Shown piece after piece: positions 1 to 11,644 of a stretch of 35,193 nt of DNA (its first letter is position 1; every line of letters starts with the position of its first letter). The position numbers were made by a program, and so were the translations under genes. This DNA is from Octopus bimaculoides (Eukaryota), in the NCBI RefSeq assembly GCF_001194135.2, contig NC_068987.1, positions 27,492,988 through 27,528,180 of the forward strand, written 5' to 3'. The notes under the pieces are model-generated. The model searched no databases. It worked only from the letters and a program-made list of their open reading frames with translations, and was not told where the DNA came from.

Positions 1-194
1 GTGTGTGCGTGGAGGATCTCTATCTTCTCTCTACATACAGCAGTATTGCAGCCACAGCCAAGTGACATCTACCTTCGGGTGTGTATAGGTGGCTATTCGC
101 AATTTAGAACGATAGGCAACAGGTACAGCTGTCACTGAAGAGACGGAGGGTAATAGTAAGCACCAGCATTACTAGAAATAAGAGTCAAAACAAC

Positions 195-483
195 TCTTAG
201 CCACATGAGAGCACATCGGTTGTCAAGCGGTGTTGGGGAGGGGACAAACACAGACACACAAACACACAGACACACACAGACATACACACACACATACACA
301 CACACACACACACATATACATATATACGACGGGTTTCTTTCAGTTTCCGTTTAACAAATCCACTCACAAGGTTTTGGTCGGCCGGAGGCTATAGTAGAAG
401 ACCCTTGCCCAAGGTGCCACGCAGTGGGAATGAACCCGGGACCATGTGGTTGGTAAGGAAGCTACTTACCACACAGCCACTCC
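195..483 (-). mobile_element. tRNA-derived SINE (octopus OR-type) with internal CA microsatellite
   Basis: Minus-strand head aggagTGGCTGTGTGGtaag...GGTTCATTCCcactgcgtggcaccttgggcaag carries A- and B-box-like motifs. Related sequence recurs at 4096-4212 and 27195-27560. Confidence 0.75.
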
Positions 484-1811
484 TATTGTCATTCTTTGGT
501 TGTCCTTTGTAACTTCACTAGGATGGGGGTCACTTTTACTTCGTGCCCCTCCCTTCTTAGGATTTCCCTGCACTTGTTCAACTCCACCTTTTTAAAGCAA
601 TTCTCTTTAGCTATCAAATTCATGTTTTTTTTTCTACCTTCATTTTTTCCATCTTCTGGTCTGCAATATCCAAACTTCTCAGTAATTCTTCTTCATTTGT
701 CGTTACGTCTGAAGAATTTAAATCTTCATATATCACGAAGACACAAGTAATGCGCTTCTCCCTTCAAACAAGGGAGACAGCGTTAACAAAACTGCCGTAA
801 GACTGCAAATACGTGTCGCTAGACACAACAATTAATAACAAATATAATTCCAATTCAACAATCCTTCCCTAACTTCTCTAACGACGCACAAACAAAATTC
901 ACCATCAACTCGGCCAAATAACGATGGTGAAACAAATATCAACGTTAATTTATTAATGAATTTCAGCAAGTCTAAGTCGGTATTACCAGACAATTGCAAA
1001 AAAAAACTGTTTTAAAAAAATTTAAAACACTGCAAAAATCCAGTACAAATTTTTTATGGTTCCAAACGTTGCTTACTTTTTACGGAACCTGATATTTAAG
1101 TTTTGGAAAAATTCATAATGAAATTTCCCCAACAGGGTAAAAAAAACCTCATCTAAATTGATTCAGGAGAAATCCAAAAAGGACCCACATTACATATTCA
1201 AAATATCACAAGTTCTCCAAATATATTAAACCGAAATATAATTTGTTAGTGAGTTTTAATGCGATATATTATTTACAATTTGTTCTATACTCTATGTTAG
1301 GTTTATTCAAAGTTACTACTATATCTCAGCATCAGTATTGAAATTGTTTTTGATGCGTGGAATTGTTAATTTTTCTAATCTTACAATGTATAATTTTCTT
1401 TTTATCTCTATGTCAATGTATTAATCTACATATTTGTCACTGCAACATAAAATGCAAGCACTTCATTAGAATTTTTAATGCCTTTTATGCCGTAGCTTAG
1501 TTAATGTCGGTAAACATTGTTGTTGTTAAATTTTAGATCACTTATCATTTCGAGTATTTCCGTTCCGTGAATGTTCAATACACTGAGTGTGTAGTAACCA
1601 ATGAAATGCACTTATCTCCAATGTTATCAGGGAGGATAACTAATCTTTATTCGTATCGTGTTCATAAGCTTCGATCTTCGATTACTTCTGAACAATTTAT
1701 AAAACACTTTCTATTAAATGATATGTACAAAGTGATGGTTGATATTGGGAAGATTGCTTGTGTCTATGAACAAATGACACTGCATTGTTTCATTATTTAA
1801 AGACTACTTAG

Positions 1812-1995
1812 TCGGCGAGCTAGCAGATACGACGGACAAAATGCTTAGCTACATTTTATCCGTCTTCACATACTAAGTTGAAATTCCAATGAGTCGACTC
1901 TCTCATTCATTCTTTCGGAGACGATAAAATAAATGCCTGTTGAGCAGAGGGGCTGATGTAATCTGCTTAGCGCTTCCCCTAAAATTAGTGGTGTT
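1812..1995 (+). mobile_element. Old, diverged SINE copy (same family as 32766-33000)
   Basis: ggcgagctagcaga...aaaatgcttagc...gagtcgact...ttcggagacgataaaataa aligns by eye with the younger copies in the window. Confidence 0.5.
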
Positions 1996-2689
1996 GTGAT
2001 AACATTTTAAAACATTGTTTAAAGACTACTGATGTTAACTCGAAAATGTTCTACTACATAGAAAATATGTATAGCAATAAAGTTGTTTTTCGCTAACAAA
2101 ATATATGAACACTTAATGCATTGCGCAGAAAGAAGATATAAAATACAATTTAACCGTTACTACTCTTTCGTGTCTTTAACATCCATGTTAACTAGAATAT
2201 TCTGCAGATGGATGTGATTCCTAAAAAAAATGTTTCGCATGTTAGTTTTATCTGAGTGTTCTTTATTTCCGGCAGAGTTTTGGCAATGTTTTTTTAGTAA
2301 TGTGAATGACCAAAAGTAGTAAAAGAAAGAGTCGGGTTAGAGGTGGACACATTTAGATTGAGTACATCAATCATAAATTGATATGCTGTGACATAATACT
2401 TCATTAATTTTAGAAACACGCAGTTGTGAATGTTTGTAACGTAAGCATTTTGAATAATTAACAGTATTGTTAGTAGTTTGACACTTTGAGTAAGGCTGCG
2501 AAGTGACTATGAATTTCGGCATAAATATACCTGTTCACTGTACCTAACATATTGAGTAATATCAGATAATGTTTGAACTAAGTAAATTAGTTTTCTGCAT
2601 ACTTTACCAGTCGTACATTACGGTGCATTTTCGTTGACAGACAGTCTGTATAGATCGCTGATCACAATGCATTTCCACACTTCCTTTCA

Positions 2690-3480
2690 TTATGGTTTTC
2701 TCGTCCAATTGAAGCCATTTCGTTGGTTATATCAAATTTCCAACCTCTTGAACGTGTTCCGAGTGCTTTCTTCCGATGTCTTAATTATCACTGGATAACT
2801 TCAAGATCCCATCTGTCAGAGTATCTTACGACATACCCATCCAGATGGAATTTGCGGGTTCGGTATTCCGCGTTGACATCCTTCACTCTACTCCTTTTTC
2901 TTATTTGCTTATTTCGGATATTCTACCACAATGGCATTCCTATCATGAATGTTTCTGTGGCCATGTCTCGTACCCAGTCACTTTTCCTCATTCTGTGTTG
3001 TAGTTTATGCCTCACTCGTCTATAAGCGCCCAGGAAGTCACGTATGGTTTTGGCTAGCTGTTTTTGATCAAGGCAATGGCATTTCACCTTTCTCTTACTC
3101 TTTGCGAGATTTCAGAGTCCATACTTCAGCATATATTCACTCTCTGTCCAAATTACTTCTACCACTATTTCATCGTTTTCTCCAACTGTTCAGACTTCTG
3201 CTATGTTTTCGAAACCTATGTTTTTTTTTCACACAATTTATCTTCAGTTTTTCTGCTGAACTCTTGATGTCTAGTCCTGTCAACGGATCTACGCAAATAA
3301 CCAGGACCGTAAATGTACTCTACTACTTAAATGTTCTAGCTGTTGAAGTGAAGATAGGTCCACTGCTGTGTTAATGATGCCATTTGAGATTGAAACGTAA
3401 CAGTTATGCTGTATACTCTAGACACTGAGATTGTCTTTTCCTCCGTGGCATGCCAGTTTTATTTTTCTTGAAAATACCTA
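2690..3480 (-). mobile_element. Degenerate RTE-like LINE, RT C-terminal region
   Basis: Broken minus-strand frames give GLDIKSS... and RKFHLDGYVVRYSDRWDLEVIQ..LRHRKKALGTRSRGWKFDI, resembling the RTE W-x-GHV-x-R...KR..GRP..RW.DDI tail. Many stops and frameshifts. Confidence 0.55.
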
Positions 3481-3927
3481 TACTTCTAATTTGGAAATGA
3501 TTTTAACTGCCACCAAGCGAATGATGTGTAATCTCTTAGCGCGAAGATAATTTCAATAAATCGAGAATCAATATTGTGTGGTATTTGGTATACACTTTCG
3601 TTTTAAAATATATACCATGGGACACTAAATTCACTTCTTTCCGTTTTTATACACACACACACACGCATACACACACATACATGTACACACACTTACACAG
3701 ACATACACATATGAGTCTTTATGATGATGTACAGATAAAATACGTTAATTAATGAAATTCCAAAATGATCTTCACGTTTTAGTTTAGTACATCTTTTCCA
3801 TTTTTCTGTAGTACGCATTACAATAATACAAGTACTTTATTGCTCCGAGATGTCCATGCTTATGTACTTCCAGTATTAACTACATGGTTTGCTATAATCT
3901 CCAGGAAGCTGAAACTTACTAACATTA

Positions 3928-3928
3928 T

Positions 3929-3960
<32 letters not shown>

Positions 3961-3978
3961 CATAGATGTGTGGGTGTG

Positions 3979-4015
<37 letters not shown>

Positions 4016-4043
4016 GTGTGTGTGTGTGTGTGCATATATATTT

Positions 4044-4090
<47 letters not shown>

Positions 4091-4095
4091 GTTTA
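3928..4095. repeat. Compound (TG)n/(TA)n/(CA)n microsatellite
   Basis: Directly visible alternating dinucleotide tracts. Confidence 0.95.
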
Positions 4096-4212
4096 TGCAT
4101 GTGTGTGTCAGTTCTTGTCATCCCGCCATCGCTTGACAACCGATGTTGTTGCATTTACGGCCCCTAAATCTAGCAGTTCGGCAAAATAGACCGATAGAAT
4201 AAGTACTCGGTT
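4096..4212 (+). mobile_element. 3' fragment of OR-type SINE
   Basis: cgcttgacaaccgatg...cggcaaaatagaccgatagaataagtact; cgcttgacaaccgatg is the exact reverse complement of catcggttgtcaagcg in the copy at 195-483. Confidence 0.5.
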
Positions 4213-5174
4213 TATTCTCCCTTTGTAAACTGCTCCTATTCTTCGACGACCACATTCCGCTATGGATGACGACACACTCAATAGATTAAAAGCTGTCATT
4301 TCGGAGGATCGCCGCATAACTCTTCGGCAACTAGACCAAGAATATAAATGTGGGGTCTGTGGAAAAAAAAACATTGACAACCATTTGCTCATGTGGAAGT
4401 TGTCTGCATGATAGATTGCTCGGATGCTCACACCGTTTCAGAACGAGTCAATTGCTTCCCGGTTCTTTTGGCAATATGTCAAGGAAACGAGGAGGGCTTT
4501 TTCGACAGACTTATCACAGAAGATGAATCATGGGTCCATCACTATGATCCTGAGACTAAAATCCAGTCGAAGCAATGGAAGTATCATAACTTAACACCTC
4601 CAATGAAGGTTCCTGTCCAACCCTCAACGGGCAAGGTGATGCCCACAATCTTTTGGGACCAGCGCGGAGTAGTGATGATGGATGTTCTGGCAAAAGGCAC
4701 CACAATTAACGGGTGTATTACGCTTCACCGCTGCAGAAATTGCGTGACGCCATCGAAGCAGTGAGGCGTGGTCTGCTGAATAAAGAAGTTCGCCTCCTCC
4801 AAGACAACGTTCCAGTTCACAATGCGAATGTTGCTCAGATGAAAATATATTCCTGCGGCTCTGAAATCCTTCCTCATCCCCCTTACTTCCCCTACCTCGC
4901 ACCATCTGATCTCGCCCTCTTTTCAACGAGGAAGTCTTATTTGAAGGGAAGGGGCAGTTTTCGGATGATGATGAACTTTTTTCCGAGGTAAAATCTTGGT
5001 TCCAGACGCAACCTACCGACATCTACAGATGGGGTCTTCACAGCTGCAGAAAACGATGAGAGAAGTGTGTCACCATTAGTGGTGGTTATGCAGAGAACTA
5101 ATAATTATGCCAGGTTTCTTTTATCTCAGTTCTTGGGAAGTAGGTCAAGGGAAATCTTTAATGAACAGTCATCG
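4211..5174 (+). pseudogene. Mariner (D,D34D) transposase pseudogene, 5'-truncated, with 3' TIR
   Basis: Frames give EDRRITLRQL, IARMLTPFQ (WVPRxL-like), LITEDESWVHHYDPETK, GKVMPTIFWD, LLQDNVPVH and HPPYFPYLAPSDLALF, with 34 residues between the second and third Asp. Ends in gggaaatctttaatgaacagtcatcg followed by TA. Stops and frameshifts present. Confidence 0.9.
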
Positions 5175-5910
5175 TATGTTTGTGTGTGTGTGTGTGCATG
5201 AATAACCATATACATACACGTGTGTGATGTTTGCGTGCGTGTGTAAACTTCACAATGTGAGAAAATGTCGTTTTGTGTGTATATTACTATAAATCTGTCT
5301 TGGAATGTTTCTCTTGTCATACTTATGCAAATAATAGTTTCTTCCGTTTCTAAAAACAACTAACATAAATAACTGACAGAGGAACGTGCAACAAAGTTTA
5401 CAGCATAAAGGAAAATGTCAGATACTTGAATTGATTTTTTTTTTTTTTTCGTCCGGAAGCTATCTGAAAGAAAAATATATTGATACTTAAGCTTTAGGAA
5501 AATTTTTAATTTGTGTCTCCACTCAAAATGTTACATTTATTTTCGTTAGATTTATGATATCTTTTTTTAATAAGAATCATATTTTCACACATTAAATACA
5601 GACTTTTACTTTAACTTATACAAATTATTTTAAAAACACACTCTTCATATTTTCAAATTTCCTGGCTTAATCATTTAACCTTCTCCACAAATTACCGTAT
5701 AACCGTGCTTAATTTGATAGCTATCTCCATAACGTAATTCCTATTTAATTCAGCATCACATGGTTTTAAAATTTCATTGTTTCCAATTATCCATTTTACT
5801 ACTTTCTCCCAATCGGCTGTGATTTATTATACAATAACAATTATGCGTTTATGTAGAGAAAGAACTCTGTTTCCCTCTGCGTTCATTTTGCTCTGATACT
5901 CATTACAAAC

Positions 5911-6213
5911 GGAGGCGCAATGGCCCAGTGGTTAGGGCAGCGGACTCGCGGTCAGAGGATCGTGGTTTCGATTCTCAGACCGGGCGTTGTAAGTGTTTAT
6001 TGAGCGAAAACACCTAAGCTCCACGAGGCTCCAGCAGGGGGTGGTGGCGACCCCTGTTGTATTCTTTCGCACCAACCTTCTCTCACTCTTTCTTCATGTT
6101 TCTTGAGTAACGCTGCGATGGACTGGCGTCCCGTCCAGCTGGGGGGAACACATACACCATAGAAACCGGGAAACCGGGCCCATGCGCCTGGCTAGGCTTT
6201 GAAAGGGCGAAAC
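5911..6213 (+). mobile_element. tRNA-derived SINE, apparently full length, with a V-SINE-like central motif
   Basis: A box TGGCCCAGTGG, B-box-like GGTTTCGATTC, central CTGCGATGGACTGGCGTCCCGTCCAG motif, tail gaaaccgggaaaccggg...aaagggcg. Confidence 0.8.
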
Positions 6214-6839
6214 AAATTTTTTTAATTCTTTAGAAACACGAAAGTTTTTCACCTAATTTTGTGAGGAATATATATATTTCATTTATAGTTTACTCTTTCC
6301 ATATCATTTCATAATCGAGAGCTTGAGGTACTTTTCAAGTTAATCAGTTAATACCTTCTGCAATGTACTGGTCTTGTGATTGTGATAGAAATTACTATTT
6401 CTATATCATCATTATTTCCTTATCCGAGTTGCAGAAAACACGCAATAAGTATTTCCAAAAATTAAACCTCGTTTTAAAACTTTTAAGATGAAATTTTAAA
6501 AGTTTATTTGATATATTCACAAAATTCTCAAGAAAAGAGATTTTAAAATACTCTGTAACTCACAGAATTAGTGAAGACAAATGTTTCATTCAATTAATTT
6601 AACTACATATTCAAAATGTATTATGTGTGAAAATTTCGTTGGAGTTAAATCAGTGCATCTACCTTGGGGTTGCAATCTATAAGACTGTTAGCAATGCTGC
6701 TGTTACTCTCGAGCCATGACTGATTCTGCTTTTGGGAACGCAGCATAATACTCTCCTCCCTTCCATTCTTCTATGCACCTTTAACTCTTTCAAGCAAAAT
6801 GTGTTCAGTTCAAAAATTAAATAACCCCGGTTTCTTCTA

Positions 6840-7310
6840 CTTGCTTGATTCATGCTCTTGATTGATGACACTGGGGTCAATCCCAGGCTTGTAGTCCTCG
6901 GGTTGTGATTGTGTGTAGAGCTCATCAAGTCCACCAGTTCTCCCCGTTGCTGCCGGTACCATGCCGCCCTCTCTTCATCCTCCAAGATAAAGTCGAGTCT
7001 TTGGCGATCTTCTTTAATCACGTCAAGCCATCGGGTGCAGAGCCTGCCACGAGGCTCCTACCTGCCTGAAGCCGCTAAGTTGAATGATAATATGTCCTTT
7101 ATTTCAGCTTCCTCCAGTATAGCTCAGTGGTATCCAGGTGCCATTAAGATGGGTAAGTACAATCGAAACAATAGCCATTAGACGTGTAGCTTCTCTCTTC
7201 GTCTCTGCACTGATACGCACCCCTGCGACGATATTGGTCCAAATATTATTGAACGTCTGACAGGCCGGGGCAGATTCAGTGTGGTATTTTTCTCCCTTCT
7301 CTTTGCACTA
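6840..7310 (-). mobile_element. Degenerate RTE-clade LINE 3' end
   Basis: Minus frame PRGRLCTRWLDVIKEDRQRLDFILEDEERAAWYRQQRGELVDLMSSTH resembles the RTE C-terminal RGRP-x-x-RW-x-D-x-IKED motif, followed by a tcaatcaag/aatcaagcaag-type tail. Confidence 0.6.
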
Positions 7311-7736
7311 AACATTAACCTGTACTCGTTTGTTTTTTTCTCTCGAAATATTTGTGTACAAAGATCGTTCTTCTATTGTTTCTAATAAGACTGGGTTTTG
7401 ATGCATCTGTGACTTGGTTTTAGGTCTGCTAGGCCATTATGGTGGTCAGCAGAAAGGTGACTAATCTCACTATGAGCAAGCAGGACTTCTTTACAATGCA
7501 ATTTGATATGGGCCATCTAGATTTATGATGATTGTTCTGGTATATCAGCAGGAAAGAGTTTGAAGATCATTTACATGGCAGATAGGTTTTCTTGTTGATG
7601 AATACTGCTGGCAGCTGCAGTATATGTAGTTCCTCACAGAGCCAGAAATGGTTATTAGAAGCTTCAGGTGAGGAAGACAGCTCTCTGTCAAGGTGCTCTA
7701 TGTAATTTTGGAGAAGTCATTTTCAAGGAGTTTGTA

Positions 7737-8860
7737 GATGAAATGGACACAAATGGAGATTGACAAACTCGATCGCATAACCGAAAGACAATGACAATGC
7801 ATGATGCTCTCCACCCTAAGGCGAATGTACATAGACTCTATATGAAGAAGGGTAAAGGTGGACGTAGGCTGATTAGCACTTGGGAGTGTATCAACAGTGG
7901 AAGAAGAAACATGGTAGAGTATTTGGTAAACATCAAACAAGACCTGCTACAGTATGCTGCTAATGCAGAAGGATTTACCGAAAATGAACTTGAGTATGCT
8001 CATGAATTCCGATCATGAACAGCAAATGAGAGAGAATCAACCATCCTCCGCATGGAATCACATGGTTAGTTCCACCGTGAAATTAAATAACTTAAAAGAC
8101 GAAAAAACCTCAGAGGTGGCTCAGCAAGGGTGACCTAAAAAAAGAATACTGAAAGCCTAAACATCGCTGCTCAGGATCAGAAATTGACCACCAACTCAGT
8201 TAAAAGATATATATACATATAAGTGTAATGAGCCTCTGCAGAATGTGTGGGAAGAGGGTAAAAAACGTGACTCAAATTGTTAGTGCTTGTGAAAATGTAC
8301 AAGCGCAGAAATGACAAGGTAACCCAAAACTTTCACCGGATACTAACCGGAAGCATTGATACAAGGTAACGGGTGATTGGTCTCAACATACACCAAAAAA
8401 GGTAATGGACGAAAAGGGAAGGCAAAAATCCTCTGGGACTTTGACTAGCAGACAGACAAGGTGTTAGGAGGGAAAAACAAGAGTGCTTAATAATCGACAT
8501 GACAGTGACAGGAGATCAATATATTATAATGAAAGAGAACAGTTTGATAAATATGGAGACCTGAAAATTGAGATCGCTAAGATGTGTCAGCTACGAGAGT
8601 CAAACATAAAGTGTGTTCCTATTGTAATCGGAACATTGGGTTCAATAACATCCAACCTGTAAAACATCTGGAAACTTTAGAAATGCCTTACAATCTAAGT
8701 GTATTGCAAAAAATCGGCATTACTTGCAACTGTACGCATATTGCGTAAAGTACTGTCTGCTGAGGTCCTTGTTGTGACTTGACAAACAGTACCAAACCCA
8801 GTAGACACAGTATCTTCAATTAACAACATCAGGATAGTCGATACTGTGCGACGTCTCAAA
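7737..8860 (+). mobile_element. R4/Dong-like RLE non-LTR retrotransposon, 5'-truncated (copy 1)
   Basis: WTQMEIDKLDR, MHDALHPKANVHRLYMKKGKGGRRLISTWECI, Zn-knuckle-like CRMCGKRVKNVTQIVSAC, ILWDFD*QTDK, CLIIDMTVTGDQ, KYGDLKIEIAKM, CVPIVIGTLG, ALLATVRILRKVL, then a short 3' UTR. Frames are broken. Confidence 0.8.
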
Positions 8861-8880
8861 TAATAACAACAACCAAACAA

Positions 8881-8955
8881 GAAGAAGAAGAAGAAGAAGA
8901 AGAAGAAGAAGAAGAAGAAGAAGAAGAAGAAGAAGAAGAAGAAGAAGAAGAAGAA
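8881..8955. repeat. (GAA)25 microsatellite, preceded by short TAA/CAA repeats
   Basis: Counted directly: 25 perfect GAA units. Confidence 0.98.
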
Positions 8956-8959
8956 ATGA

Positions 8960-10335
8960 TAATGGGACAGGACTAAAAAGTGTGGAATGCTTATAATAAT
9001 AAAAGGCAAAGTAGTATCGCCTTATGGTGCAAGAATACCCAACAGTGATATACACAAGGGTGTTAAAACTGATGGATATATGTATCTAGGTATTTTGGAG
9101 TATGATAATAATCAAAGAGAATGAAATGAAGGAAAGCTTTAGACGAGAATATCTCAGAAGAACCAAATTAATAATGGGAAGCAGACTCAATGGAAAGAGC
9201 AAAATCAGAGCAATAAACACATGGGCTGTTTCCATTATGGGATACGGTGCAAGTTTCGTTAGATGGACAAAGACGAGCTTCTGGGAATAGATAGAAAAAC
9301 CAGGTGATGGCAATTAACAAGGAACTGCACCAAAAGCGATATTGATAGACTGTATGTGCTTAGAAACATGGAAGGAAAATGTCGTATAGGATGCAAGATC
9401 TGTGTTGCCAACGAGAAACGCAGTTTGGGATGGGACGTCCCAATAGCAGAGAGAATCCTTGCTTTCCACTGTTAGAAATACCAACACGATACATATCGAA
9501 AATGTGACGCACCCAAAATCGTTTATGAAACAAGATGAAAAACAAAGAATAATCAATTAGGAAATGAAAGCAATGTACGGAAAATGTCTCAAGAAATCGA
9601 AGGTAAAGACAAGACCAACAGCTGGAGATGACTAAGAAAAAGTTATTTGAAAAGATACTCTGAGGCACTGATATAAAGCGCCCGGGAGTAAGCTGCGAGA
9701 ACTAGTTACATAAATTTCCAAATAAATAAGAGTAGTGAATCGCCACTTTGTAGGATGTGGCAGCAAAAAAAAGAAACAATATCACGTACTGTGAGTGAGC
9801 AAGCTGGCTCAAAAACATTACAAAAAGAGGCACGTATCTAAGTTATTTCACTGGAGACTGTGTGGAAAGTACGGTCTGGGTACAGCACAAAAATTATAGA
9901 AGCATGAACCAGACGGCGTCACTGAATGCAATGAGATAAGATCTTGTGGGATTTCCCAATCCAGTGTGACTTCCTAATCGATGCCCGGAGACAAGACATT
10001 GTTGTTGCGGATAAAAGAAAACAGGAAACCAAGATCAGAGATATCGCCAGAGATACCGGTACATGCATGCGCAGATGACAAAAAAGCTGAAAAATGCTAC
10101 TAAAAGTCGAGATTGCAAGAATGAGAGCATGAGCAGAGTGCTGTTATCCCAGTAATTGTAGGAGCACTGGAAGCAATAAGCAGGTTCAAGAAATATGTCG
10201 GAGAAATGGCAACTGTCATGAGGTCAGAGCAGGCTTCCAAAATTGGTCTATTGTGGACAGCTAGGACTTTGAGATTGGTGTGGTAGAGTTTCTTACTTTG
10301 AATTTCCATCTCATTACTTTTCTCTGCTGCAAGCA
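8960..10335 (+). mobile_element. R4/Dong-like RLE non-LTR retrotransposon, 5'-truncated (copy 2, different subfamily)
   Basis: GYMYLGILEYD, EMKESFRREYLRRTKLIMGSRLNGKSKIRAINTWAVSIMGYGA, DIDRLYVLRNMEG, LWDFPIQCDFLIDARRQDIVVADKRKQ, VIPVIVGAL, IGLLWTARTLRLV across broken frames. Confidence 0.8.
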
Positions 10336-11116
10336 TTAAATATTGTTGTTACAATATAATATTCCTTCCCTTTTTTATGTTACTTTCATACATTTCGTCA
10401 TGCCGGAAATTTATTTTGATATTATTTCATATTATAACCTCGCTACTTAGCCTTGTTTGCTGTCTGTCTGAACGAACTGAGAAAATAGAAATTGCTACCA
10501 CATCTCAGATATTGTTGCAGCTACGCACACAAACAACCTACACCACGAGGAAACGAAAATCGTGCTACGCACTGACAACTCACTTACCATAACAGAACAC
10601 GCTCTAGTTTACAGATATATTTTCTTCTTTGTTATATCTATTGTATTTACATTGCTACAAGCTCTAACTCTCAAAACTAGGTAGTTGCATACCCTCAACA
10701 CTTAATGTACTCAACAAGATCCTTCTTTCCCAAAACGTTAATTTCCTTTAATTCTCAGTTTCTGTTTTACTTGCTAACGTAATCATATGGTGTGTTCAAA
10801 CCAGCCTTAGAGGAACTACGAACGTCATGGACACTGCGTTGACCATTTATTTGATTAAATATTATTATTTTAGAAAATATGTTTATTACAATTATCATTC
10901 CAATATACAAAAGTGCTTACGCAGGAAACTCTAAATTCCCTTCTGGAATTACAACTACTTCAATGTCCTTTTTGCTCCTTTCGTGGTATGTGACTAATAA
11001 AGAATCTTCACATGTTAAAACAACTTCAAATACAAGAACAGGGCATATATGATGTGAGTGGAAACCAAGCATTTATGCTCAAATTAATTACGCACCTACT
11101 CAATGGTTTCTCTAAT

Positions 11117-11644
11117 TTAATTTTTTATTCTTCACTGTTCTTATAATTTAAAGGATTGTTTAATTTTTTNNNNNNNNNNNNNNNNNNNNNNNNNNNNNNN
11201 NNNNNNNNNNNNNNNNNNNNNNNNNNNNNNNNNNNNNNNNNNNNNNNNNNNNNNNNNNNNNNNNNNNNNNNNNNNNNNNNNNNNNNNNNNNNNNNNNNNN
11301 NNNNNNNNNNNNNNNNNNNNNNNNNNNNNNNNNNNNNNNNNNNNNNNNNNNNNNNNNNNNNNNNNNNNNNNNNNNNNNNNNNNNNNNNNNNNNNNNNNNN
11401 NNNNNNNNNNNNNNNNNNNNNNNNNNNNNNNNNNNNNNNNNNNNNNNNNNNNNNNNNNNNNNNNNNNNNNNNNNNNNNNNNNNNNNNNNNTGTTCTTATA
11501 ATTTAAAGGATTGTTTAATTTTTTATTCTTCACTGTTCTTATAATTTAAAGGATTGTTTAATTTTTTATTCTTCACTGTTCTTATAATTTAAAGGATTGT
11601 TTAATTTTTTATTCTTCACTGTTCTTATAATTTAAAGGATTGTT
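11117..11644. repeat. 43-bp minisatellite (TTTTTATTCTTCACTGTTCTTATAATTTAAAGGATTGTTTAAT)n spanning a gap
   Basis: Unit recurs at exact 43-bp spacing (11491, 11534, 11577, 11620) and once before the gap (11136). Confidence 0.95.
11170..11490. other. Assembly gap (others at 13529-13572, 21170-21772, 22600-23403, 33595-33952)
   Basis: Runs of N, each abutting micro- or minisatellite sequence. Confidence 1.

Noticed and set aside
3720-3927. Possible 5' TIR of the mariner, or 3' end of a second mariner
   Set aside because: Only a loose match to the 3' TIR, and two incompatible readings; not supportable without alignment.
5911-5990. tRNA-like sequence
   Set aside because: No complete cloverleaf or acceptor stem, and it continues into SINE body; it is a SINE head, not a tRNA gene.
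10921-10993. 73-nt minus-strand AG/GT-bounded open segment (TYHERSKKDIEVVVIPEGNLEFP)
   Set aside because: Phase 1 to 2 is incompatible with the phase-0 CA donor, and there is no CA similarity.
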